Positions 1 through 8,455 of a stretch of DNA of 64,000 nucleotides are shown in pieces. How positions within the stretch are numbered: position 1 is the first letter of the stretch; each line of letters begins with the position of its first letter. The notes below the pieces were generated by a model. It searched no databases. It worked only from the letters and a program-made list of their open reading frames with translations, and was not told where the DNA came from. Made by a program: the position numbers and the translations under genes. This stretch comes from Candidatus Levyibacteriota bacterium (lineage in GTDB: Bacteria; Patescibacteriota; Microgenomatia; Levybacterales; UBA12049), in the NCBI GenBank assembly GCA_963716145.1, contig OY970292.1, positions 12,104-76,103 of the forward strand, written 5' to 3'.

Positions 1-389
1 CAACAGGATTAATAGCTGCTGCTCTTTACGCGGTGTCTCCACTTGTTATTATTTATTCGCGTTCTTCCTGGAATCCCAATCCTATGCCCTTTATCACGCT
101 ACTTCTTCTGTACAGTCTCTATCGGGCAGTAAATAATAATTCCTGGAAATATTTTTTGGGAGTTGGGTTTTTATACGGGATTGCATTGCAGTTGCACTAT
201 ATTGAACTTTTTGTCGGGGTAATTATTTTTTGCTTTACTCTATTCGGCTTTTTTTATTTTAAAAGAAAAAATATTTTTATTTTAATAAAACAATATTTAG
301 CGCTGCTTAGCGGATTTATAATCGGGTTTTCTCCATTTTTGATGTTTGAGGGGGCGCCACGGTTTTCCCAATACCAGAACAATTGCTAA
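1..389 (+). CDS. GT-C fold membrane glycosyltransferase (ArnT/PMT-like), 5'-truncated by the window edge. It continues in another frame at 346-1197.
   Basis: The ORF is open from base 3 in frame 3 with no upstream stop. Multiple TM helices are typical of the GT39/GT83 family. Frame 3 ends at 389 just after a GGGGG run (353-357). The downstream frame-1 ORF continues the same membrane-protein hydropathy. Confidence 0.5.
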   Translation, partial: TGLIAAALYAVSPLVIIYSRSSWNPNPMPFITLLLLYSLYRAVNNNSWKYFLGVGFLYGIALQLHYIELFVGVIIFCFTLFGFFYFKRKNIFILIKQYLALLSGFIIGFSPFLMFEGAPRFSQYQNNC

Positions 390-1197
390 CTTTGTTCTAC
401 ACGGTGATCCCGGTGCTACTGACCTGACACATAAGTCTTTTGTTCAGATTATCCAGGATGTGTTTTTCCGCGTTTTTGCCCGGACTATGTGGCGTTTCCC
501 GTCTCCAGACTTAATTCCTTTATGGGATAAAAATATATTATTTGCTTTGCAAATATTGATTATTGTTGTTGCCTTTGTATCTATTTTTTATGTACTAAAA
601 ATAAAGAATAAGTTGATTGTCGCGTTCTTAACAATGTGGCTTGGATTTGGAGTAGTATTATTTGGTTTTTATAAAAAACCGATAAATGATTATAATTTTG
701 AATTTTTATTTCCTCTGCCATTTTTGATAACTGCTTATTTTTTGGACAGTCTTTTTAGACAGAAAAAAATTGGAGTTATGGGAAAAGGGATCGCAGTAGG
801 ACTATTCGTCTTTCTTTTTGGATATAACTTGTATTACTTACCTTTTCGTGATCAGCCCAACAGGCAATTAAATCAAATGAAAACTATTTCTGAATTTGTC
901 CTTTCCAAAACTGATGGCAAGCCATTTAATTTCGCGCTTCTGACCGCAGGTAATTCAGATCATGCATATAGATATTTTTTCAGAGTTAAGCACAGAGACC
1001 CTGTCACTTTGGAAAACATGATAAGCGATCCTAAGAGAAAATCGGTAACCGGCCAGCTGCTTATTGTTTGTGAAGATCTCCATTGCGCTCCTCTGGGCAA
1101 TCCGTTATTTGAAGTTGCCGGGTTTGGCAGAGCCGAAATCGCAGGAGAGTGGAATATATCAGTAGTAAGAGTTTACAAACTAGTCCCCTTTAAGTAG
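346..1197 (+). CDS. C-terminal part of the same ArnT/PMT-like glycosyltransferase. It is frame-shifted relative to 1-389.
   Basis: It has TM-rich N-terminal residues and then a soluble C-terminal domain, as in GT-C enzymes. The apparent TTG start at 346 is probably an artefact of a 1-nt indel in the G-run. Confidence 0.5.
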   Translation: MRGRHGFPNTRTIANFVLHGDPGATDLTHKSFVQIIQDVFFRVFARTMWRFPSPDLIPLWDKNILFALQILIIVVAFVSIFYVLKIKNKLIVAFLTMWLGFGVVLFGFYKKPINDYNFEFLFPLPFLITAYFLDSLFRQKKIGVMGKGIAVGLFVFLFGYNLYYLPFRDQPNRQLNQMKTISEFVLSKTDGKPFNFALLTAGNSDHAYRYFFRVKHRDPVTLENMISDPKRKSVTGQLLIVCEDLHCAPLGNPLFEVAGFGRAEIAGEWNISVVRVYKLVPFK

Positions 1198-1215
1198 GAT
1201 TCCCGTAGCTAAAAC

Positions 1216-1243
1216 AAAACCCCCACATAAAGCGGGGGTTTTG
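1216..1243. terminator. Putative bidirectional intrinsic terminator between convergent genes
   Basis: aaaaCCCCCacataaagcGGGGGtttt is a 5-bp GC stem flanked by A-run and T-run on both sides. It sits between the + gene end at 1197 and the - gene end at 1291. Confidence 0.35.
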
Positions 1244-1290
1244 AAAATTTGTTCCTTGAAGATTTTTGAGATTCTTCAAGGAGATTCCAG

Positions 1291-1434
1291 TTATTTTGAA
1301 CCGATTTTGTACATTCCTGTACCACAATCTGGACATTTGGATTTCAAAGCTGGTTTACCATTTTTCATGGTTACCTTTTCAGGATTATCAACTTCCTTTT
1401 TTGCTCTACATTTAACACAATACATGCTTGCCAT
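1291..1434 (-). CDS. Small Cys4 zinc-ribbon protein (DUF5679-like), 47 aa
   Basis: It is not in the ORF track because it is under 60 aa. The minus-strand ORF reads MASMYCVKCRAKKEVDNPEKVTMKNGKPALKSKCPDCGTGMYKIGSK with CxxC...CxxC motifs. A strong GGAGGTGA SD lies 7 nt upstream. Confidence 0.5.
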   Translation of the reverse strand: MASMYCVKCRAKKEVDNPEKVTMKNGKPALKSKCPDCGTGMYKIGSK

Positions 1435-1485
1435 ATATAATCACCTCCTTTCAAAATAAAATAAACAATGGACAGTTAGGTTTTA

Positions 1486-1773
1486 TTAAATGCCTTTGAC
1501 CGTGAATCTAATAACAATTTCTGCAATTATAATCGCGCTGGTAAGCAGTATTGTTCGCCTGAGATCACTTGAGAGATAACTGTAAGAATTAGTTGTAATT
1601 GTTGCTTGGTTGTTGGATTTTGACTTAGCCGCAACTGGATGGGAGATAGAAGAACTTTTCTGACTGGGAAGAGAATAGGTTGCGCTATCAACCTTCTTTA
1701 CTTCTACTGGAGCGACTTTACGCCTTAAATCTGCGAGTATTTTCTGTTTTCGTGTTTTTACCTTCTTAGGCAT
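1486..1773 (-). CDS. Hypothetical protein with a basic N-terminus and a C-terminal TM
   Basis: Six-frame ORF only. No recognisable domain. Confidence 0.3.
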   Translation of the reverse strand: MPKKVKTRKQKILADLRRKVAPVEVKKVDSATYSLPSQKSSSISHPVAAKSKSNNQATITTNSYSYLSSDLRRTILLTSAIIIAEIVIRFTVKGI

Positions 1774-1827
1774 GAGTGAGCCTAGATTACACTATTGACT
1801 TGAGGTATGTCAAGAGGCTAATATTAA

Positions 1828-2295
1828 TTGATGCAATCTCTCCCTGTTATCTTAGCACTCCTAGTTATTATCGTGTGGATGGGGATTCTTACTTTTTATC
1901 TACGGAGAATGGTCCGGAATTATAGCGTATTTACAGAAGGTGTACATAAAAAAACACTTGAGGATGTATTGACTAACATGGTCAAGGAACAGAAAATCAC
2001 AAAAAAGGATATTGCCTTTTTGTCCACACGTTGTGATAATATAGAAAAGGACGGATTATTGCATATCCAAAAAATAGGCCTACTCCGTTTTAATCCATTC
2101 AAAGATACAGGAGGGGATCAGAGTTTCATTCTGTCTTTGATCAATGCTGAAGACACGGGCGTTGTAATTACAGCATTGTACTCAAGATCAGGAACGCGCT
2201 GGTATGCAAAGAGAGTGAATCATGGAAAAGGAGTCGAGCATGAACTGTCTGAGGATGAAAAAAAATCCCTAAAGATGGCAAAGAGCAGTAATTAG
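1828..2295 (+). CDS. DUF4446 family protein
   Basis: N-terminal TM. The conserved LLRFNPFKDTGGDQSF...ALYSRSGTRWYAKRV block is typical of DUF4446. Confidence 0.6.
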   Translation: MMQSLPVILALLVIIVWMGILTFYLRRMVRNYSVFTEGVHKKTLEDVLTNMVKEQKITKKDIAFLSTRCDNIEKDGLLHIQKIGLLRFNPFKDTGGDQSFILSLINAEDTGVVITALYSRSGTRWYAKRVNHGKGVEHELSEDEKKSLKMAKSSN

Positions 2296-2301
2296 CAATC
2301 T

Positions 2302-3465
2302 ATGAATAATAAAATCAAAATTATCGGAGTCTTAGTTTATCTTATCTCAACAGGTATAGGCTATTTTGTTTTTTCAGGTTCTTCAATCGCTCAGAATTCA
2401 TCAGCCCCGGTCCCATCAACAGCAAAGGTAGACAATGATTACGAAGCCTTGACTTTTGATCCCAATGCTTCAAAGACGGAAGAATGCCCAGTTAACGGTG
2501 CGATGTATTCAAAAGATCAAAAAAACTGGTGGGAGAAGCATAGGCCTCTTGGGATTATGATTGAGAATCATTCTGATTCCAGGCCACAATCCGGTATCAA
2601 TGCTGCCGATGTCACCTACGAGGCGGTTGCTGAAGGGGGAATTACTAGGACTTTAAATATTTATTATTGCCAGGACGCTGGAATTGTAGGCCCGGTGCGC
2701 TCTGCAAGAACTTATTTTCTTGATTTTGTTTCAGAGTATGGCGACAATCCACTTTATGCGCACGTTGGAGGCGCGAACACTCCCGGACCTGCTGACGCAT
2801 TGGGACAGATCAATGATTATGGGTGGGGTGGTTATAATGATTTGAATCAGTTCTCAATAGGTTTTCCAACTTACCGACGTGATGAGAGTAGGCTTGGTCG
2901 GAGTGTCGCGACGGAGCATACAATGTACTCTGTTACAACTAAATTGTGGGAAATTGGGGCGAAAAGAAAGCTGACCAATGTTAATGAAGATGGGGAATCG
3001 TGGGACGAGAATTTTGTTAAATATACATTTAAAGATGATGAATCTGAGCCCAAAAGAGGAAATACAAAGTCTATAAATATCGAATTTTGGAATGATCCCA
3101 GTTACTACGTAGATTGGATGTACGATAAAAAGAGCAATACTTACCTTAGAAAAAATGGAGGTACGGAGCACATTGATCGTAATACCAAAAAGCAGCTTTC
3201 GGCTAAAAATCTCGTAATTTTGTATATGGCTGAGAGGCACGCGAATGACGGCTACGAAGGAAACGCGCATCTACTCTACGGCACAAAAGGTTCCGGCAAG
3301 GCCTCAGTATTTATAGATGGAAAGGAAATAAAAGGAAAGTGGAGCAAGAAAGATAGAGAGAGCAGAACAATTTTGACCGATAATAACGGGGATGAGATAG
3401 AATTCAACAGAGGCAAAATTTGGTTTGAGGTCCAAGCCACAGATGGAACAGTTACAGTCAAATAA
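2302..3465 (+). CDS. DUF3048 (YerB-like) domain lipoprotein/secreted protein
   Basis: N-terminal signal/TM. The motifs RPQSGINAADVTYEAVAEGGITRTL and VGPVRSARTYF are characteristic of DUF3048 N/C domains. Confidence 0.65.
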   Translation: MNNKIKIIGVLVYLISTGIGYFVFSGSSIAQNSSAPVPSTAKVDNDYEALTFDPNASKTEECPVNGAMYSKDQKNWWEKHRPLGIMIENHSDSRPQSGINAADVTYEAVAEGGITRTLNIYYCQDAGIVGPVRSARTYFLDFVSEYGDNPLYAHVGGANTPGPADALGQINDYGWGGYNDLNQFSIGFPTYRRDESRLGRSVATEHTMYSVTTKLWEIGAKRKLTNVNEDGESWDENFVKYTFKDDESEPKRGNTKSINIEFWNDPSYYVDWMYDKKSNTYLRKNGGTEHIDRNTKKQLSAKNLVILYMAERHANDGYEGNAHLLYGTKGSGKASVFIDGKEIKGKWSKKDRESRTILTDNNGDEIEFNRGKIWFEVQATDGTVTVK

Positions 3466-3517
3466 ATTCATTGACAAATCCCCATGCTTGCATTATTGTT
3501 ATAGTAGCTAACAATAT

Positions 3518-3763
3518 ATGGACAGAACAAATAAAACCTTTCGTATTAAAAGGAAGCATATAAATCTTTTTTATCTCTTCGCTTTCGCGGTGATGCTTCT
3601 TGTTACTCCCCTGATCATAGTTCAAAACCAACAGCAAACTCAAACTAAATCAAAGGCAGCACCTCCGGAGTGTCCTTATGCGGATGCTCTCCTTTCAGTG
3701 GTTTCGCTGGCCCAGCTGTATCTGATCTTCAGACACGTCTTGAGGCTAAGGGGTACAGCGTAG
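3518..3763 (+). CDS. N-terminal signal-anchor segment (frame 2) of a secreted PG-binding protein. It is frame-shifted into 3670-4350.
   Basis: MDRTNKTFRIKRKHINLFYLFAFAVMLLVTPLIIV is a classic type-II signal anchor. The downstream frame-1 ORF (GTG at 3670) lacks any signal peptide but encodes a secreted-type domain. Confidence 0.35.
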   Translation: MDRTNKTFRIKRKHINLFYLFAFAVMLLVTPLIIVQNQQQTQTKSKAAPPECPYADALLSVVSLAQLYLIFRHVLRLRGTA

Positions 3764-4350
3764 GTGCTCCTGGAGTAGACGGGCAATTCGGCCCGTTAAC
3801 TGAAGGAGCTGTAAGGAATTTCCAGACAGATCAGAATAAAAACGATCCAGCCTTTTTGATAGATGGTATTGTAGGTCCTCAGACTTGGGAAGCTCTTTGT
3901 GGTGTTAATCTTCCAGGTGGTGGAGGTGGAGGGACTGCACCCGGTCCTGGTGGAGGAGTGGACCCTGTAGGAAATGATAGTGCGTGCGTGAGTCCAAATA
4001 AAGGGGGATGGTGCGAAGACACCGGTGGAAAAGGACCGGGTGAGTCCTGCTCTGTCGGTGGTCAACCAGGTACTTATGAGTCAGGATTATGCAACAGTAA
4101 TCCGTCTTCCACATATCTTTGCTGTGCGCCCAATGGATCGGCTGGGGGTGGAGGAGGACAACCACCTCCTCAGCAGGCGCAAGCATGTAAAGATCTAAGC
4201 TTTGATGCTTGTGAAAGCTCCGGGCTAACCTGTCATACGGAATCCGATAATATGGGTGGATATTGCGTAGACGGTGCACCTTATGTTGCACCACCACCTA
4301 GCGACTTGGATGTAAAAGATTGTGCAGCAAGGGCTTCCAGAGTATTGTGA
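3670..4350 (+). CDS. Peptidoglycan-binding (PG_binding_1) domain protein with a Gly/Pro- and Cys-rich region
   Basis: LQTRLEAKGYSVGAPGVDGQFGPLTEGAVRNFQ...DGIVGPQTWEAL is a PG_binding_1 motif. It is followed by GGGGG/PGPGG low-complexity sequence and many Cys. The region is GC-richer than its surroundings. Confidence 0.55.
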   Translation: MSLCGCSPFSGFAGPAVSDLQTRLEAKGYSVGAPGVDGQFGPLTEGAVRNFQTDQNKNDPAFLIDGIVGPQTWEALCGVNLPGGGGGGTAPGPGGGVDPVGNDSACVSPNKGGWCEDTGGKGPGESCSVGGQPGTYESGLCNSNPSSTYLCCAPNGSAGGGGGQPPPQQAQACKDLSFDACESSGLTCHTESDNMGGYCVDGAPYVAPPPSDLDVKDCAARASRVL

Positions 4351-5059
4351 ATCACTAAATCCTGGTAAATGTAAGCTTTCAAATAATGCGTGTAGCATAG
4401 CAAGTGTTGGTCAGAGTGTGGGTATATCTGTTTCGCTTCAGGGTATTGGATTAGGTGCTGGAGAAAATCAAAGTCCGCAGGAACAAATAGTATCTGCGAT
4501 TGTAAAAATTCAGACTAATACAAATGGAGCCATCAAGACTGTTGCTTCGGCAACTGATACTTTAACCTATGATCGTACTACAGGTAAATATGCTAACCCA
4601 AAATTCAACCTCGGTAAAGTTGCCTCCGGCAATTACCAAATGGTTATGCAAGTCGAAACATATATGGATAAGCAGTTATCCACAAAAAATGGAACGAATA
4701 CCTTTGTACTTGGATCGGTAGCTAAAGTTGATGCTGCTCCTGTGCAAATGAGCGCCGGTGATGTGGCCCCATCTCCGCATGGAGACAACTTTGTAAATAT
4801 TATTGACTACAACGCTGTAATCGGTTGTATGCCCGGTTCGCCAGCTGGCGCATGTCTTAATAAGAAATTTGCTGATCTAAATGATGATGGGGCAGTTGAT
4901 CAGAAAGATCTTGACCTACTTCAGTCCAATTTTGGACAATCAGGATTTTCTTTCCAGACGTCTGAGTTTAGTTGTGAACCTGACCCGACCTGTAATGACG
5001 GTAAAGGGGCTCTTCAACTCTGCTCCCTCCTATGCTCCAAAAAAACGCAAAGAAGTTAG
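4322..5059 (+). CDS. Secreted Cys-rich protein with a C-terminal type-I dockerin-like repeat pair. It may be the C-terminal continuation of 3518-4350 after a second frameshift.
   Basis: Ca-binding dockerin loops are DNFVNIIDYNAV and DLNDDGAVDQKD. GTG start at 4322 overlaps the previous ORF end (4350) in another frame. No independent signal peptide. Confidence 0.5.
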   Translation: MQQGLPEYCESLNPGKCKLSNNACSIASVGQSVGISVSLQGIGLGAGENQSPQEQIVSAIVKIQTNTNGAIKTVASATDTLTYDRTTGKYANPKFNLGKVASGNYQMVMQVETYMDKQLSTKNGTNTFVLGSVAKVDAAPVQMSAGDVAPSPHGDNFVNIIDYNAVIGCMPGSPAGACLNKKFADLNDDGAVDQKDLDLLQSNFGQSGFSFQTSEFSCEPDPTCNDGKGALQLCSLLCSKKTQRS

Positions 5060-5062
5060 GAC

Positions 5063-5100
5063 AATTTGAAATTTTCAATTTAAAATTTGAAATGAAATAT
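5063..5100. repeat. Heptamer-periodic AT-rich palindromic repeat (TTTGAAA/TTTTCAA family)
   Basis: The sequence is aatttgaaattttcaatttaaaatttgaaatgaaatat, with 7-nt periodicity. TTTCAAATTTGAAA-type palindromes recur at 5491-5527, 13966-14001, 16418-16464, 16548-16570, 36865-36889 and 59976-60003. Confidence 0.5.
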
Positions 5101-5102
5101 AA

Positions 5103-5465
5103 ATGATTAAAACTTCAAACAAGAAGTATGACTTGGAAGAACGCACTGCTATATTTTCTGAAAAGATAATTGATTTATGCAAAAATGCTCCTAAAACTGT
5201 TATAACAACTCCTATTATTGGTCAGCTAATACGCTCAGGAACAAGTATTGGAGCTAACTACTGCGAAGCAAATGGAGCAAGTAGTAAAAAAGACTTTAAA
5301 AATAAGATATTTATCTGCAAAAAAGAATCAAAAGAAACAAAATACTGGTTAAGGCTACTCGCAAAAGCAGCAGAAGAGTTAAAAGAAGAATGTAGAGAGC
5401 TATGGCAGGAAGCTCAAGAATTTACTTTGATATTTTCTAAAATAGCTACGAATACAGTTACTTAA
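5103..5465 (+). CDS. Four-helix-bundle protein (23S rRNA intervening-sequence protein / Avd family, TIGR02436-like)
   Basis: ERT..FS..II.L......I.TTPIIGQLIRSGTSIGANYCEANGASSKKDF.NKI.IC.KE.KET.YWL.LL matches the family signature. It is 120 aa. Confidence 0.75.
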   Translation: MIKTSNKKYDLEERTAIFSEKIIDLCKNAPKTVITTPIIGQLIRSGTSIGANYCEANGASSKKDFKNKIFICKKESKETKYWLRLLAKAAEELKEECRELWQEAQEFTLIFSKIATNTVT

Positions 5466-5490
5466 TTGAAAATTAAAGCATTTAGTATTC

Positions 5491-5527
5491 ATTGAAAACT
5501 GAAAATTTCAAATTGAAAATTTTATTT
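5491..5527. repeat. Heptamer-periodic palindromic repeat copy
   Basis: The sequence is attgaaaactgaaaatttcaaattgaaaattttattt. With 5063-5100 it flanks the four-helix-bundle gene on both sides. Confidence 0.45.
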
Positions 5528-5543
5528 ACGTCTTTTTGATGGC

Positions 5544-5572
5544 TTGACTGCTAGACCAATTCGGGCTAAAAT
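5544..5572 (+). promoter_or_regulatory. Sigma70-like promoter for the HTH-secDF operon
   Basis: TTGACT-17-TAAAAT lies 17 nt upstream of the ATG at 5590. Confidence 0.35.
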
Positions 5573-5589
5573 GTATAAAAAATTGCTAT

Positions 5590-6165
5590 ATGTTTGAAGA
5601 TCTAATTACATCCAAGTCCCGAGTCAAGCTGTTAGAGCTTTTTCTAGCCTCGCCAGGCGACATGTATCATGTCCGTGAATGCGTAAGAAGAGTTAAAGAA
5701 GAGATTAATGCAGTCCGGCGAGAGCTAATACTTCTTGAAAAAAAAGGAGTTCTCAAAAAAGAACCCCGCGCCAACCGTGTTTATTATTCTCTTTCCAAGG
5801 ATTATCCATTTTATTTTGATCTTTTAAGAATTGGGGCAAAAACCATGGGCTTGGGGCAGGCGATCTTGGCAAACCGCGCAAAATTGGGGAAAATAAAATT
5901 TGCTATGTTGTCTGGTAAATTTGTAAGGCGTATAAAAGAGTCTCCCGAGGATGTTGATTTGTTGGTAGTTGGGACTATTGTGCTTCCTGAGCTGGCGATT
6001 TTGGTCCGCAGCGAAGAAGCTCGGCTTGGCGTTGAAATTAATTACACTGTTATGACTGAGGAGGAATTAAAATTCCGCAAAACACGAAACGATCCGTTTC
6101 TGGGTGCTATTTTATCAGGGTCAAGGATAATGCTTATGGGAGATGAGGAAGGAATGCTGACATGA
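5590..6165 (+). CDS. Winged-helix (ArsR/PadR-like) transcriptional regulator with an uncharacterised C-terminal domain
   Basis: The N-terminal wHTH is SRVKLLELFLASPGDMYHVRECVRRV...LILLEKKGVLKK. It overlaps the secD start and is likely co-transcribed. Confidence 0.45.
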   Translation: MFEDLITSKSRVKLLELFLASPGDMYHVRECVRRVKEEINAVRRELILLEKKGVLKKEPRANRVYYSLSKDYPFYFDLLRIGAKTMGLGQAILANRAKLGKIKFAMLSGKFVRRIKESPEDVDLLVVGTIVLPELAILVRSEEARLGVEINYTVMTEEELKFRKTRNDPFLGAILSGSRIMLMGDEEGMLT

Positions 6166-7523
6166 AGCATCCCCGGCTGCTCATTGTTATTGTATTTTTA
6201 GTTACCGCAATATCAATATTTCTTAATTTGACCCAAAGCTACTCGATAAATATTGGCCCCTACCACACTAAATTTCCAGGCATTAGTCCAAATTTTATTC
6301 CCGGTGTTAAGATTAACCGCAATTTTGATTTTCGAAAAGGACTGGATCTTGAAGGAGGGACAAGTATCACTCTTAAGGCAGACATGAAAGGGGTTCCTGA
6401 GGCACAGCAGAAGAATGCGCTGGATAGTGCAAAATCCGTAATTGAAAAAAGAATTAATCCATCAGGAGTTTCAGAGGCATTGGTGCAGACAGTAAAAGTA
6501 AATAAGGATTATCGGATAATTGTTGAAATCCCGGGTGTTACCGACGTCAAACAGGCCTTGGAGCTGGTTGGAAAAACAGCCAAACTATCTTTTTGGGAAG
6601 AGGATTCTTTAAATAAGAATTCGATAGCAACGGATTCGGCAAAACTGGCGTCAGAATCAGCTGTACCTTTTGGTATAATTCGGGGACTTGGCCCTTCCGC
6701 GAAGAAAACTGACCTTACGGGTGCGGATTTAAAACATGCAAGTGTTTCATTTAATCAAAATAGCGGAAAGCCACAAATAGATCTTGAATTTGATTCAAAA
6801 GGAGCTAAGAAATTTGCCGATATTACCAAGCGAAATGTAGGAAAAAGTGTAGCTATCGCGCTTGATGATCAGGTGATTACTGCTCCCAGTGTTAATGAGC
6901 CTATTTTTGGTGGGAGAGCTCAGATTAGTGGTAATTTTACAACTGCTGAAGCAAATACTCTGCAAAGTCAACTAAATGCGGGAGCGCTTCCCATATCCCT
7001 ATCGGTTTTAGAACAAAAAGCAACCGGCGCTACTCTGGGAGAGGCATCTTTGCAAAAAAGTTTACTCGCCGGAGCTATAGGATTTTTAGTAATTGTTATA
7101 TTTATGATAGTTCTCTACGGCAGGTTAGGGCTTATCGCCAGTCTTGCGTTGGTTGTTTATATGCTGCTTGTTTTATCATTATTCCGTCTTATTCCGGTTA
7201 CTTTGACGCTTGCCGGTATTGCCGGGTTTATACTGTCGATTGGGGTGGCAGTTGATGCTAACATTCTTATATTTGAGCGGATGAAAGAGGAGATGAGGCG
7301 GGGAATATCACATGAAACCGCGATTGATCTTGGTTTTTCAAGAGCATGGCCGTCTATCCGCGATTCAAATGTCTCAAGTCTTATTACCAGCTCAATACTT
7401 TATTATTTCGGAACGACAATTGTCAGGGGATTTGCTTTCACGCTCGCACTTGGTGTTATTGTTTCGATGTTCTCGGCAATTGTTGTGACAAGAACATTTT
7501 TGAGATTACTTTATAAAAATTAA
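6162..7523 (+). CDS. secD: Protein translocase subunit SecD
   Basis: N-terminal TM, a large periplasmic domain (LDLEGGTSITLKAD) and a C-terminal 6-TM bundle. Immediately followed by secF. Confidence 0.85.
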   Translation: MKHPRLLIVIVFLVTAISIFLNLTQSYSINIGPYHTKFPGISPNFIPGVKINRNFDFRKGLDLEGGTSITLKADMKGVPEAQQKNALDSAKSVIEKRINPSGVSEALVQTVKVNKDYRIIVEIPGVTDVKQALELVGKTAKLSFWEEDSLNKNSIATDSAKLASESAVPFGIIRGLGPSAKKTDLTGADLKHASVSFNQNSGKPQIDLEFDSKGAKKFADITKRNVGKSVAIALDDQVITAPSVNEPIFGGRAQISGNFTTAEANTLQSQLNAGALPISLSVLEQKATGATLGEASLQKSLLAGAIGFLVIVIFMIVLYGRLGLIASLALVVYMLLVLSLFRLIPVTLTLAGIAGFILSIGVAVDANILIFERMKEEMRRGISHETAIDLGFSRAWPSIRDSNVSSLITSSILYYFGTTIVRGFAFTLALGVIVSMFSAIVVTRTFLRLLYKN

Positions 7524-7526
7524 ATT

Positions 7527-8435
7527 ATGTTAAATATAATCGGACGGAAAAATATTTACTTTTTAATATCGATTCTGGTAATCATACCCGGAATAATATC
7601 CCTATTTTTATGGGGACTTAGGCTTTCAATTGACTTTACAGGCGGATCACGCACAACTTTTCTTTTTCCCAAAACTGTAAATCAAAAAACAGTTGAAAAA
7701 GTAGAGACTGTTTTTAAACAAGAGAAAACAGAAATTGTATCAGTTAGGCAATCGGATAAAAGATTAATTGTCCAAACAAAGCCATTAGATGAAAAGCAGA
7801 ATAGTACAATTCTAAAAGGTATTAAAAAAAGCGTAGGAACAGTTAAGCAGGAAGAATTTGAAACCATAGGGGCCACAATTGGAGCGGAGACGACACTGAA
7901 CGCCTTTAAAACAATTCTATTCGCGTCTATTTTGATTGTTATCTATATTGCCTATTCTTTCAGGAAAGTACCAAAGCCTGCCAGTAGTTGGAGATTTGGA
8001 GTTTGCGCGATAATCGCCTTGATTCACGATGTACTGGTGGTTGTTGGAATTTTTTCTCTGCTCGGTCACTTTTTGCATGTTGAGGTAGATAGTCTTTTTA
8101 TAACGGCAATTCTTACGGTAATCGGGTTTTCAGTACATGATACTATCGTAGTTTTTGATAGAATACGTGAAAATTTGCGCAAATCTATTGGGGTTTCCTT
8201 TCCTCAGGTTGTGAATGATTCTGTTTTACAGACTTTGGTCCGCTCCTTAAACACGTCTTTAACTGCAATTCTTATGCTTTTGACTCTACTTCTTTTTGGA
8301 GGAGAAAGCGTAAGGTGGTTTGTAGCAGCACTATTAATTGGGATAGTTAGCGGAACATATTCTTCAATCTTTAACGCTGCTCCGTTTTTAGTTGTGTGGC
8401 AGGAATGGGACGAAAAAAGAAGAATTAAGAAGTAA
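7527..8435 (+). CDS. secF: Protein translocase subunit SecF
   Basis: DFTGGSRTTF motif and a C-terminal TM bundle. Adjacent to secD. Confidence 0.85.
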   Translation: MLNIIGRKNIYFLISILVIIPGIISLFLWGLRLSIDFTGGSRTTFLFPKTVNQKTVEKVETVFKQEKTEIVSVRQSDKRLIVQTKPLDEKQNSTILKGIKKSVGTVKQEEFETIGATIGAETTLNAFKTILFASILIVIYIAYSFRKVPKPASSWRFGVCAIIALIHDVLVVVGIFSLLGHFLHVEVDSLFITAILTVIGFSVHDTIVVFDRIRENLRKSIGVSFPQVVNDSVLQTLVRSLNTSLTAILMLLTLLLFGGESVRWFVAALLIGIVSGTYSSIFNAAPFLVVWQEWDEKRRIKK

Positions 8436-8454
8436 GAATCAAGAATTAGGGAAG
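8420..8454. repeat. (AAGAATY)5 heptanucleotide tandem repeat spanning the secF stop codon
   Basis: aagaatt aagaagt aagaatc aagaatt agggaag. Similar arrays occur at 15434-15468 (spanning the aspS stop) and 14005-14029. Confidence 0.45.
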
Positions 8455-8455
8455 A

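Noticed and set aside
5103-5590. A complete diversity-generating retroelement (target gene, Avd, TR, RT)
   Set aside because: There is no reverse-transcriptase-like ORF (no YxDD protein) anywhere in the window. The 125-nt spacer after the avd-like gene has no similarity to the 3' end of the upstream target gene. Only the Avd-family gene and a plausible target are present.
7682-7876. Antisense ORFs inside secF (7682-7876), mntH (12466-12714, 13270-13464), purA (9625-10020), Lon (42352-42690), OtsA (53140-53844) and others
   Set aside because: They are fully embedded opposite well-supported conserved genes and have no domain signatures. They are typical spurious ORFs of AT-rich DNA.
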